NCBI GenBank assembly: GCA_964534955.1
Contig: CAZHRR010000002.1
Coordinates: 11,069-75,068, forward strand
Reading direction: 5' to 3'
DNA: 64,000 nt
Origin: an uncultured bacterium
Lineage (GTDB): Bacteria > Fidelibacterota > Marinisomatia > Marinisomatales > UBA2128
This document shows positions 19,020 to 29,400 of the stretch, one piece after another. Position 1 is the first letter of the stretch, and each line of letters opens with the position of its first letter. A program made the position numbers and the translations under genes. The notes below the pieces were generated by a model that saw only the letters and a program-made list of their open reading frames with translations, did not search any database and was not told the origin of the DNA.

Positions 19020-20609
19020 ATGTGCGGAATATTTGCCTATCTCGGAGGAAATCTGTCGTGGAAAGAGCTTAGAGATCATGCCTATAAAATCAAATACAGG
19101 GGGCCTGAAAACACTCACATAGCAGAACTTAATAATAACGCTATTTTTGCATTTCACAGGCTCGCTATCATGGGAGTTTCCGAAACAGGAGACCAGCCCA
19201 TGCAGCATCCTCAAGATCCATCATTGACACTGATTTGTAACGGTGAGATCTACAATTATTTGGAACTGGCTGATAAATTTGGCTTCATACTGGAGACAGG
19301 TTCTGATTGTGAGATCATTCTCTTTCTCTATAAAAAATTCGGAATTGAACAAACGGTGAGAGAGTTGGATGGTGTATTCATGTTTGTCCTCTATGATGAT
19401 ATTTCGAAAACCTTTTATGCTGGCCGCGATCCCATGGGTGTTCGCCCAGGGTTCATAGGTAATAAGGGAGAGGAATTATTTATTACCTCAGAAGCTAAGC
19501 CTATGGTTGGGGTTTGTGATTCAATACAACCTTTTCCTCCTGGATGCTGGTGGAGCTCCCAAGAGCGGGATTCTTTCCATCGTTATTTTCATTACAGTAA
19601 TGATGGAACTGCTATTGGAACAGAAGATGAAATTTGCGATCGTATTTGTGAGTTATTATCAAGTGCGGTAGAAAAACGAATGATGGCAGAACGGGAGATT
19701 AGCTGTCTTTTATCCGGTGGACTGGACTCCAGCCTGATTACAGCGCTGGTTGCTCGGCATAGTAATGGTAATACCCTTAAAACCTATTCTATTGGAATGC
19801 CCGGTAGCATTGATCTGGAATATGCCCAGAGGGCTGCAGATTATATTGGGACAATTCATCATCATATCGAGGTGACAGAGGAGGATTTCCTAGAGGCAAT
19901 TGAAACGGTGATTTACAATATTGAGTCCTACGATACAACAACTGTTCGAGCCAGTGTGGGGAACTATCTTGTCTCCAGGTTCATCCGTGAAAATTCCGAC
20001 TGTAAGGTGGTTTTCAACGGTGACGGCAGTGATGAGGTCTGTTGTGGGTATGTGTATCTGAAGAATGCCCCGTCGGCAGATGCATTGCAGCAGGAGAGTG
20101 AACGGCTGGTGAAGGAATTATATCTGTTTGACGTTCTTCGTTCTGATCGCAGTATCAGCTCCAACGGACTGGAGGCCCGCACGCCGTTCCTGGACAAAGC
20201 ATTCGTTAAATACTATCTCTCCATCCCTGCGAAATTGAAAATGTTCGACGGAGAAAAACGACTAGAGAAGCATCTCTTGCGTAAGGCCTTTGATAGGCAG
20301 GATTTACTTCCACATGATATACTCTGGCGGCGTAAATGTGCCTTTTCTGATGGGGTCAGCAGTGCAAGTAAATCGTGGCACAGGATAATCCAGAATTATG
20401 TGGACACTATTATTTCCGATGAGGAATTCATCAGGGAATCGGTAAAGATCAACCATTGTAGGCCTGTTCTGAAGGAGAGTTATTTTTACCGTAAAGTCTA
20501 TCAGCAGTTTTTCGGTGAGCATGATGAGCTTATTCCGCATTATTGGCTTCCGAAATGGACCGATACAGTTGATCCGTCTGCCCGGGAGCTGGCGGGTTAT
20601 AAGGAATAA
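19020..20609 (+). CDS. asnB: Asparagine synthase (glutamine-hydrolysing)
   Basis: N-terminal MCGI Ntn nucleophile, SGGLDSS PP-loop, 529 aa. Confidence 0.9.
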   Translation: MCGIFAYLGGNLSWKELRDHAYKIKYRGPENTHIAELNNNAIFAFHRLAIMGVSETGDQPMQHPQDPSLTLICNGEIYNYLELADKFGFILETGSDCEIILFLYKKFGIEQTVRELDGVFMFVLYDDISKTFYAGRDPMGVRPGFIGNKGEELFITSEAKPMVGVCDSIQPFPPGCWWSSQERDSFHRYFHYSNDGTAIGTEDEICDRICELLSSAVEKRMMAEREISCLLSGGLDSSLITALVARHSNGNTLKTYSIGMPGSIDLEYAQRAADYIGTIHHHIEVTEEDFLEAIETVIYNIESYDTTTVRASVGNYLVSRFIRENSDCKVVFNGDGSDEVCCGYVYLKNAPSADALQQESERLVKELYLFDVLRSDRSISSNGLEARTPFLDKAFVKYYLSIPAKLKMFDGEKRLEKHLLRKAFDRQDLLPHDILWRRKCAFSDGVSSASKSWHRIIQNYVDTIISDEEFIRESVKINHCRPVLKESYFYRKVYQQFFGEHDELIPHYWLPKWTDTVDPSARELAGYKE

Positions 20610-20710
20610 ATTGCCCTACTCGATATTATTAGAGGATAAAACTGTATTCACCTTTATTGTACCTTCACTTTTCCATGGCACATAATCTCCCATCTGACTA
20701 AACTTAGCGC

Positions 20711-21253
20711 ATGCGAATTACGAAGGTATATACAAAGACTGGCGACGATGGTACCACCTCTCTGGCTAACGGAGAGCGCTTGCCGAAAGACCATCCCCGG
20801 ATGGCTGTTCTCGGTTCCCTGGATGAGACCAATTCTGCTCTTGGAGTGGTTTTGGCAGAGGGAATTTGTGCAGAAATCGAATCTACTCTGCATAAAGTAC
20901 AGCATACCCTTTTTAACATAGGCGCCGAGTTGGCCACTCCTGACAGAAAGCTGGGGTTGGTCTCAGAAGACGATGTAATGTTTCTGGAGTCCGCTATTGA
21001 TGAGTTGAATGAGTCCCTGCCACCGCTGGAGGAGTTCATCCTTCCTGGTGGTTCGAAAGCAGCAGATCTTTTGAATCATGCCCGGACCGTTTGCCGGCGG
21101 GCGGAGCGGGATCTGGTTACCCTCAATAGGACAGAAAATGTGTCTGAACTTCATCTGAAACTCATTAACCGACTCTCTGATTTTCTTTTCGTCGCGACTC
21201 GCTTCCAGAATCAGAAGGACGGCGGCGAAGAAAAACAGTGGAAGAATTCTTAA
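20711..21253 (+). CDS. PduO-type ATP:cob(I)alamin adenosyltransferase
   Basis: N-terminal KVYTKTGDDGTTSL motif and the typical ~180-aa helical-bundle length. Confidence 0.85.
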   Translation: MRITKVYTKTGDDGTTSLANGERLPKDHPRMAVLGSLDETNSALGVVLAEGICAEIESTLHKVQHTLFNIGAELATPDRKLGLVSEDDVMFLESAIDELNESLPPLEEFILPGGSKAADLLNHARTVCRRAERDLVTLNRTENVSELHLKLINRLSDFLFVATRFQNQKDGGEEKQWKNS

Positions 21254-21509
21254 TGCGGAATGCACCTTGCCTGCCACTATCGTGACGGTCAGGCAGGGAT
21301 TTCGAATTTCCCTCCAGAGACCCTTTGGATCACAGGGTGCTGTTAGCAGGACGCTGTGCGCTCACGAAACCCATTAACCAACCTGTCCTTCGTAATACAA
21401 TGTAGAAGGACCACCGCTCCACCAGTTATTTATCCATCGTAATGACGGCAGGAATGTAGATGGACCGTTCTTCTGCTCACCAATCTACCAATAAACACTC
21501 ACCAAATTA

Positions 21510-22343
21510 ATGACTCCCAAATCTTACTTCGGACCCTTCCCTGCACCTCAGCAGCACGGTGCATGGGCTATGTTCCTGATACCAGCAGCAATGGCGGCCT
21601 GGGTTGTGGGGGAGTGGCGATGGTCATCCCTGTTCCTCATACTCTCTTTCATACTCATATTCCTGTCGCACCGGCCGGCAGTCCGCTTCATGCGACGGAA
21701 GAAGTTCCGCCAAGTCATAGAGTGGCAGAGTCTGAACTGGGCGCTGCTTTTAGCGGGATCGGGTGCCACTATCGCCGGTTATCTCTTTCTTTCTGCCCAT
21801 CAATGGAGCGCAATGATCCTTGGCGGGATTGCGGCTGTGACTATGCTGTTTCATCTGCGGCTGACGCTCAACCGAGAGCATATGTCAGTTCCGGGGGAGA
21901 TCATAGGTGTGGCCGGACTGACAGCATCAGCTCCCGTGCTCTATCTCTTTCAGCATGGCTCTCTGGATGCTCAGGGATGGGTGCTATGGATGGTGAATTT
22001 TCTCTACTTCACAGGTTCCATATTCTACATCAAACTGAAGGTTCGCCATCAACCCAGGTATGAAGAGCCCGATGTCGTTGGTAAGTTGCAGGCAGGTCTT
22101 CCGGCCCTGACTTATTCCATCCTTGTAGTAATATACCTGCTGGTGATTACCGCCATTCGCGGCTATTCTTGGTATTTCCTTATGGCTTATTTACCATCGG
22201 TAGCGAAAGTATTGACTGGAATTTTCCGGTGGCAGTCGAAGGCAAAACTGAAGGTATCTCGATATGGATTTGTGGAACTTGCCCATGCTATCATCTTTGG
22301 AATTTTCACAATTCTAGGGTTTGAAAATACAATACGTAGATGA
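21510..22343 (+). CDS. YwiC-like membrane protein
   Basis: 277 aa with ~8 TM segments. The N-terminal P..QHGAWAMFLIP motif is as I remember for the YwiC-like family. Confidence 0.5.
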   Translation: MTPKSYFGPFPAPQQHGAWAMFLIPAAMAAWVVGEWRWSSLFLILSFILIFLSHRPAVRFMRRKKFRQVIEWQSLNWALLLAGSGATIAGYLFLSAHQWSAMILGGIAAVTMLFHLRLTLNREHMSVPGEIIGVAGLTASAPVLYLFQHGSLDAQGWVLWMVNFLYFTGSIFYIKLKVRHQPRYEEPDVVGKLQAGLPALTYSILVVIYLLVITAIRGYSWYFLMAYLPSVAKVLTGIFRWQSKAKLKVSRYGFVELAHAIIFGIFTILGFENTIRR

Positions 22344-22347
22344 ATTG

Positions 22348-22824
22348 CACGAAAACCTTGGAACTTTGTATGAAAAACCTGACAGGTGGACTTGCTCCTG
22401 TCAGATTGAAAGAACTTCTTTCGCCATTTTCTTTGGCGCAAAGAAAACGGCTGCTCCAAAGGAGCTCCTACGGAGCAAAAGAAACAGCCGCCCGCCTGTC
22501 CGCCCGTCCAAGCCGTTCGGACGGGAATGACGTAGTCGGGCAGGCTGTGAGAAAATTCAACGGTTTTTCGACATCTTTCGGGAATAAATTAAACTCACCT
22601 CCTATCGTCGGTTCAGACAGTAATTTATTCTGATCCTCAAGATACCATAAACCTAGTGTCGAATTTTCTCAAGGCGGCGAAATACAAAAAACAATATATC
22701 AAAACCGTCTACCCGTCCGTAATGAATTTATCACTCATCTATCTGTCGTAGCGACAGCGCAGACAGATAGTGTGCTTGATAATCGTAGAGTAAAAGAAGA
22801 TTACACGAAAACCTTGGAACTTTG
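22348..22824. repeat. Insert bounded by a perfect 21-bp direct repeat (CACGAAAACCTTGGAACTTTG)
   Basis: Copies lie at 22348-22368 and 22804-22824. Looser similarity extends leftward (AATACGTAGATGA vs AATCGTAGAGTAA). The interior is packed with hairpins and GC-rich motifs. Confidence 0.7.
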
Positions 22825-22855
22825 GCGATTCCGGGCGTAAGATGGATTAATTAAA

Positions 22856-23203
22856 ATGAAACAGGTACTGACACTTACTATTCTAATTTGCACCGCAGCT
22901 GTGAATGTTTTTCCATTCATTCCTGCCGTGGAGTGTGACATGCCGTGCTGCCAGCCGGTAATTTCCTGCTGCGATATGGACGAGAAAGAATCTCCTGTTT
23001 CCATGACTCAGTGCGAGACAGTAGTGTTCGTACCGATGATTGCGGCACCACTTTCTAAACATCAACTGCTGAAAGAACTGCCTCTGGATGGGACGCCTGT
23101 GGTGCACCGGGTACCTGTCGCTGCAGCGGTGTATGGGAATTACCCAGCGCAAGAACCAGAGGCAGAACCACCTCCCTCCTTCCTCTTCCCACTTATAATT
23201 TAG
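22856..23203 (+). CDS. Secreted Cys-rich protein, first gene of the cus-like operon
   Basis: Signal peptide followed by VECDMPCCQPVISCCDMDE. Assigned from position and strand context only; I recognise no family. Confidence 0.45.
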   Translation: MKQVLTLTILICTAAVNVFPFIPAVECDMPCCQPVISCCDMDEKESPVSMTQCETVVFVPMIAAPLSKHQLLKELPLDGTPVVHRVPVAAAVYGNYPAQEPEAEPPPSFLFPLII

Positions 23204-23311
23204 ACCTTTCCTCACACTCAATTCCTGGTGTAATCCGGGAACTGCGTGGATTCCATAGTTGACTCTGGGCACTGCAGCCTGGAGTGAAACCGATAACTAA
23301 AAGGAAAGGTC

Positions 23312-24562
23312 ATGAAATCACTCTCGAAATCGCTATTAGTAGTCATAATTAGTACTTCAGCTGTATTACCCCAGCAAATGGGGAATCAGATTAAGGTATT
23401 GTTCGAAAACAACCGCGAAATTCGGGCGGCCGAAGAAACCTACAAGTCTGCCCTCGAAGCCATTAAGGCAGCGGGTGTGCTCCCTGATCCTATGATTGAT
23501 GGATCACTGTTCTTAGAAAAAATCGAAACAAAGAACGGTCCTATGGAAGCTCAAATGATGCTGGGACAGAAGTTCCCCCTGTGGGGTAAACTGAATCGAA
23601 AGAGAAAAATAGCAGTGCTGAAGGCTGACATAGCAGGATACAACCTGAATGATATAAAGGTAACAACCGCATTTAAAATGAGGAAAGCGTGGGCAACATA
23701 CTTGAAGCTTATTAACTCCCTGAGAATCCTGAACGAATACAGTACGGAACTTGAATCCTTCCGTTCTGTTGCTCTGACCCAGTATGCTACAGGCACAGGT
23801 GTTACACAACATCCTATTTTGAAACTGCAGATTGAGTCTTCTCTTGTTGAGAGTCAGATCAATGATCTGGAAAGTGAGCTTGAATCTGCTGTGAACGAAC
23901 TTAAAGCCCTTTTTGACGGGGAGTTTTCACCGAGCCTTTTTCCGGAATCCTGGGAAGTGGTTGTACCGGATCGACCCTCAGAGGAATGGTCAAGGATCAC
24001 CAAGAGTGCAAATCCTATCTACCTTAAAGTGCTGATGGAGAGGGAAATAGCTGTCTTGCAGAATGAGCTTACCGTTCGGCAGAACTACCCTGACCTTTTG
24101 GTCGGTCTTACCTATACAGCTATCGGTAGCGCTGAGATGTCATCAGCTAATACAGGAAAGGACGCATTTGGGTTTAGAGTAGGTCTCAATCTTCCCCTGT
24201 GGTTTAACCGTAACAAAGCCAGGGTTCGGTCCACAGAGTTAATGGTAAAAGCGAGAGATGAGGCAATTGAGGCAACTTGGAATAGGGTTGAAGACGACAT
24301 CCTCTCCACAAAGAAGGAACTTGAAGAAATTGAACAGACCTACCAACTTTACGATTCTAAGTTAATTCGGGAATCTGAACAGATGTTGTCATCCGCCTTT
24401 GCTGCCTACGAAACGGGAAAGATCAGTTTTCTTGATGTGCTTGACAGTGAACGTATGGCCGTTAGGGTCAAGCTCGGTTTTGAGAAAACCAAGGCGAAGA
24501 GTACTATTGTAAGCGCTGCCCTGCTGCGGGCAGCAGGTTTGATTCAGATAGATAAGGAGTAG
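23312..24562 (+). CDS. TolC/CusC-family outer-membrane efflux protein
   Basis: 416 aa with a signal peptide and two-repeat coiled-coil/beta architecture. It lies immediately upstream of the adaptor and RND genes. Confidence 0.8.
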   Translation: MKSLSKSLLVVIISTSAVLPQQMGNQIKVLFENNREIRAAEETYKSALEAIKAAGVLPDPMIDGSLFLEKIETKNGPMEAQMMLGQKFPLWGKLNRKRKIAVLKADIAGYNLNDIKVTTAFKMRKAWATYLKLINSLRILNEYSTELESFRSVALTQYATGTGVTQHPILKLQIESSLVESQINDLESELESAVNELKALFDGEFSPSLFPESWEVVVPDRPSEEWSRITKSANPIYLKVLMEREIAVLQNELTVRQNYPDLLVGLTYTAIGSAEMSSANTGKDAFGFRVGLNLPLWFNRNKARVRSTELMVKARDEAIEATWNRVEDDILSTKKELEEIEQTYQLYDSKLIRESEQMLSSAFAAYETGKISFLDVLDSERMAVRVKLGFEKTKAKSTIVSAALLRAAGLIQIDKE

Positions 24563-24566
24563 AAAA

Positions 24567-26387
24567 ATGAGGTTTATGAAACTATTCATATTCAGAACTG
24601 TTCCCGTGATTGCTCTCGGTGTGATTCTCCTGACAGGGTGCAGTCAGGACAAGGAAACAGAGGCTGGATTACAGGTTCAAGAGGAAGAGAGACAGCTGTA
24701 CAGTTGTGGTATGCACCCGAATGTCATACAGGAAGGTCCGGGGAACTGTCCCATATGCGGGATGAAGCTTACGCCTCTTGGCGGCAGTCCCTCAGCGGTC
24801 ACGACATCGGCTTCGGCAGCTGATGAGCAGGGAGAAAGGAGGATTCTATACTGGCGAGCCCCAATGGATCCGACTTACATTTCACCCAAACCCGGTAAGT
24901 CTCCAATGGGAATGGATCTGATTCCTGTCTTCGAGGGAGAGGAAGCATTTGGTGCCACTGTAAAGATCAACCCGACTGTCCAGCAAAATATGGGGATAAG
25001 GGCGGCAACTGTAGAAAGGAGAGACCTTCAGCAGAAGATCCGGACAGTTGGTCATCTTGATTATGATGAATCAACAGTCGGCCATGTTCACACGAAATTC
25101 TCCGGCTGGATTGAAAAAACACATGTGAATATAACAGGCCAAACTGTTAGGAAAGGCCAGTCTCTTCTGGATATCTACAGTCCTCAATTGGTCTCTGCCC
25201 AGGAAGAGTATCTTGATGCTTTAAAGAACCTTGTGGGTACATCTGATTCCTTCTCAGGAAAGACCAACAAGAATGTGAGAAGCATTCTTTCCTCAACAAA
25301 AAGGCGATTGGAGTACTTCGACATATCAGATGAGCAGATCCAGAGCCTGGGGAATACGGGGCAGGTAAAGAAGACGATGTCACTGATATCACCTTTTGAC
25401 GGAGTTGTCGTGGAAAAACATGCTCTAGACGGTATGGAAGTGAAACCGGCAATGATGCTTTACACCATTGCTGACCTGTCGGAGATATGGGTGTATGCCG
25501 ATATCTATGAATATGAGACCCCATGGGTCAGGGTTGGTCAAGAAGCCAGAATGACACTTTCTTATGACCCGGGGAAGGAGTACACGGGCAAAGTCCAATA
25601 CGTTTATCCATACCTTGAGGAAAAATCACGAACGATCAAGGTCAGGTTGGCCTTCCCTAACCCAAACTTGGATCTCAAACCCGGGATGTACGCTAATGTA
25701 GAAATCAAGACGTCTCCTCTTCAGGATGTGGTATCCGTGCCTATGGAGGCTGTGCTCTTTACAGGCGAGCGACATCTTGTGTTCGTAGAACTGGAGGAAG
25801 GGCGTTTTGCCCCCAGAGATGTTACGATCGGAATTGAGAGTGGAGACGGATACTATCATGTGAAAGACGGTCTGTCCGAAGGAGAATCTGTTGTTACGTC
25901 AGGTCAGTTCCTGCTTGATTCGGAAAGCAGGCTCCAGGAAAGTATTGCGAAAATGCTTCAAATAAAAGGGTCAGAAGCAGAACAACTAAGTATAGAGGAA
26001 AAACAAAATGAGGAAACCCCTACTGAAGAACACCAGCATAGTCATGAACTGGAAGAGATGAAAGAACACGAAACCGAGGAAACAGATAATCATGAAAAGG
26101 AACATAAAATGATGAAGACTAAGAAAACGGAAGCTTCACTGTCCTTTGGGAATCTGGAAGAAAGCATGCTTGCCTATTATACCTGCCCGATGGAATCTCA
26201 TTCCTACGTACGAATGAGCGAACCGGGCAAGTGTCCGGACTGCGGAATGCAGTTGGTGCAGAAGAGAGAGCACTTTGATCAGGACGAGACTTTCTACACT
26301 TGTCCCATGCCGGCACACAGCTATGTCATAGAAGAAGTGCCCGGAGACTGCCCTGTCTGCGGAATGGAACTGGTCGAAGCCAAATGA
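24567..26387 (+). CDS. cusB: CusB-like RND periplasmic adaptor with three HMBD modules
   Basis: Lipoprotein signal (LLTGC). One N-terminal HMBD (YSCGMHPNVIQEGPGNCPICGMKL), an MFP core, a His/Glu-rich linker, and two C-terminal HMBDs (YYTCPMESHSYVRMSEPGKCPDCGMQL, FYTCPMPAHSYVIEEVPGDCPVCGMEL). Confidence 0.85.
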   Translation: MRFMKLFIFRTVPVIALGVILLTGCSQDKETEAGLQVQEEERQLYSCGMHPNVIQEGPGNCPICGMKLTPLGGSPSAVTTSASAADEQGERRILYWRAPMDPTYISPKPGKSPMGMDLIPVFEGEEAFGATVKINPTVQQNMGIRAATVERRDLQQKIRTVGHLDYDESTVGHVHTKFSGWIEKTHVNITGQTVRKGQSLLDIYSPQLVSAQEEYLDALKNLVGTSDSFSGKTNKNVRSILSSTKRRLEYFDISDEQIQSLGNTGQVKKTMSLISPFDGVVVEKHALDGMEVKPAMMLYTIADLSEIWVYADIYEYETPWVRVGQEARMTLSYDPGKEYTGKVQYVYPYLEEKSRTIKVRLAFPNPNLDLKPGMYANVEIKTSPLQDVVSVPMEAVLFTGERHLVFVELEEGRFAPRDVTIGIESGDGYYHVKDGLSEGESVVTSGQFLLDSESRLQESIAKMLQIKGSEAEQLSIEEKQNEETPTEEHQHSHELEEMKEHETEETDNHEKEHKMMKTKKTEASLSFGNLEESMLAYYTCPMESHSYVRMSEPGKCPDCGMQLVQKREHFDQDETFYTCPMPAHSYVIEEVPGDCPVCGMELVEAK

Positions 26388-26482
26388 CAATGCGACTGCT
26401 ATCCTACGATTCTAGCGAAGAGGTTAGCAGCAATTAGGACAGGAAACATTAGAGAAAAGAATATTTGCAGCAGGAGTGTCTG

Positions 26483-29400
26483 ATGATTGAGAAAATAATA
26501 GAATGGTCCATAAACAATCGATTTATAGTTATTCTAGCCGTAGTATTTGTGATTCTTGGCGGTTTTATGGCCATGACTACTACCCCTCTGGATGCCATTC
26601 CAGATTTGAGTGATGTACAGGTTATCATCCTTACCAAGTATCCAGGGCAGGCGCCTCAGGTAGTGGAAGACCAGGTGACGTATCCTCTCACTACCGCCAT
26701 GCTCTCAGTCCCATATGCCAAAGTAGTTCGAGGTTATTCATTTTTTGGCTTGTCTTTTGTATACATCATTTTCGAGGACGGTACGGATATGTATTGGGCT
26801 CGAAGCCGGGTGTTGGAGTATCTCAATTTCGTCTCCGGCCGGCTGCCTCAAGGAGTCACACCGCAACTAGGTCCTGACGCCACCGGGGTCGGCTGGGTCT
26901 ATGAGTACACTGTGGAGAGCGACCAGCATGACCTGCAGCAATTACGTTCTATTCAGGATTGGTATTTAAGGTATCAATTGATGAGTGTGCCTGGAGTATC
27001 AGAAGTTGCGAGCATCGGTGGTTATGTCAAACAGTACCAGGTAGAAGTGGATCCCAACAAGCTATTGGCATATAACCTTTCCTTAAACAAAGTCAAAATG
27101 GCTATCAAACGAAGCAACAATGATGTGGGTGGAAAGCTGATTGAGATGGCTGAAACGGAATTTATGGTGAGAGGACTTGGCTATATCAAATCTATAGATG
27201 ACCTGAAAAAAGTCCCACTTGGCGTTGACAAGAATGGCACTCCAATTCTGTTAAGAAGCGTTGCCAACATCCATCTGGGACCTGAGTTACGCCGAGGTCT
27301 TGCTGAGCGCGATGGTCTCGGTGAAGTTGTGGGTGGTGTGATCGTGATGCGTTATGGTGAGAATGCACTGGAAGTCATAAAAAATGTTCGGGAAAAAATT
27401 GATGATCTGAAGACAGGTTTGCCGGAAGGGGTTAAAATCTTATCTGCTTATGACCGTTCTCTTCTTATTGAGCGGGCAATTGATAACCTGAAAGAAAAAC
27501 TTCTTGAGGAAAGTGTTGTTGTAGCGTTGGTCTGCATCATTTTTCTTCTTCACTTTCGCAGCGCATTTGTGGCGATCTTTACTTTACCTGTTGGAATACT
27601 GATGTCTTTTCTCGTTATGCGGTATCAGGGAATTAATGCCAACATTATGTCTTTAGGGGGCATAGCTATTGCAATTGGGGCTATGGTGGATGCGGCAATC
27701 GTCATGATAGAGAATGCTCATAAACATATTGAACGTCGCAGGGGAGAAGAAGATCATTGGCAATTGATTCTTGATGCATCAAAAGAAGTGGGGCCTGCAC
27801 TGTTTTATTCTTTGCTGATTATCACTTTTTCATTCCTTCCTGTCTTTTCGCTGCAAGCTCAAGAAGGCCGCCTTTTCAGTCCATTGGCATTTACAAAAAC
27901 TTATGCTATGGGTGCATCAGCTCTATTGGCTATCACTATTGTTCCCGTTTTAATGGGTTACCTTATCAAGGGAAAGATACTTCCCGAACAGAGAAACCCC
28001 ATCAATCGTTTTCTTATATATGTTTACCGACCAATGATCCGGTTTGTTCTTCGGTTCAGGAAAACCACTTTATCGATGGCGTTATTAGCCCTTGTGGTTA
28101 CCATCATTCCGCTAAAAAATATTGGGTCTGAGTTTATGCCTCCCTTAAACGAAGGCGACCTGCTGTATATGCCCACAACTGATCCGGGTATTTCCATCAC
28201 GAAGGCAAGGGAACTTCTGCAGCAAACGGATAAGATCATCAAGACTTTTCCAGAGGTGGAACGTGTATTCGGGAAAATTGGACGGGCTGAGACAGCCACG
28301 GATCCTGCTCCTCTGAGCATGATCGAAACCACCATCACTCTGAAACAGATTGACAAGTGGCCAAAACGCAAGACGGCATCACGCTGGTATTCTGGTTGGA
28401 TGCCTGACTGGCTGGCAGCCCCATTCAGATGGATATGGCCAGAGCAGCGCCCTGTGACTATGGAGGAACTGGTGAATGAACTGAACGCTGCCATCCAGTT
28501 CCCGGGTCTGACCAACGCATGGACTATGCCTATAAAGACAAGAATTGATATGTTGAGTACAGGCATTAAAACACCTGTGGGTATAAAATTAATGGGCTCT
28601 AATCTTGATACCTTAAATGTTCTGGGAGCAAGGGTTCAGGCGATTGTTCAAAAATTGCCGGGAACATTGAGCGCCTTTGCTGACAAAGTTACGGGTGGAA
28701 ATTTTCTTGATTTCGAAATCAACAGGGAAGAGGCTGCCCGGTACGGTCTTACTATCGGCGATGTGCAGGATATTATTCAATCGGCAGTGGGAGGTATGAA
28801 TATCAGTTATACTGTTGAAGGTCTTGAAAGATACCCTATTAATCTTCGCTATAGCAGGGAACTGCGGGACAGTATCAGCAAGCTGAAGAGGGTTATTATT
28901 CCCACTCCTACAGGAGCGCAGATTCCCATCAGCCAGGTGGCAGATATATTTGTTCGAAAAGGCGCACCGGTTATCAAAAGCGAAAATGCCAGAAATACAG
29001 GATGGATCTATGTCGACATTACCGGGATTGATGTAGGAACCTACGTCAAAAGAGCTCAAAAAGTGTTAAAAGAGGAATTAAAGTTGCCCGAAGGATATTC
29101 AATCGTCTGGAGTGGTCAATACGAGTATATGGAGCGTGCTGCGAAAAGACTCAGGATAGTAGTGCCAGTTACTTTGGTGATCATCTTCTTATTGTTATTC
29201 TTCAATTTCAAGAACGTAACGGAAAGTGTGATTGTAATGTTGTCCCTCCCCTTTTCTCTTGTTGGCGGATTGTGGTTCATGTATTTGTTGGGCTATAATA
29301 TGAGTGTGGCGGTTGGTGTGGGATTTATTGCACTGGCTGGAGTGGCTGCTGAAACAGGTGTAGTTATGCTAATTTATTTAGATCACGCTTTCGCGGCGAG

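Noticed and set aside
18867-19214. 115-aa minus-strand ORF spanning the nuo terminator and the asnB start.
   Set aside because: It overlaps a clear terminator hairpin and the strongly supported asnB N-terminus (MCGIF), and it has no recognisable features.
21268-21300. GCCACTA and surrounding GC-rich sequence, downstream of the adenosyltransferase gene, as a possible cobalamin riboswitch B12 box.
   Set aside because: The other conserved cobalamin-riboswitch blocks (GGGAA..GGTG..AATCC) are absent. The string belongs to the dispersed GCCTGCC...GACGGTCAGGC repeat family.
22340-22633. 97-aa + strand ORF (and 22321-22530) in the spacer after the YwiC-like gene. The analogous ORFs 37328-37645 (+) and 37349-37657 (-) lie before copA.
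   Set aside because: They run through the hairpin-dense GC-rich repeat elements. Their shared peptide strings (ARPSRSDG / ARPCRSDG) arise from the same palindromic DNA motif read on opposite strands. There is no RBS or domain support.
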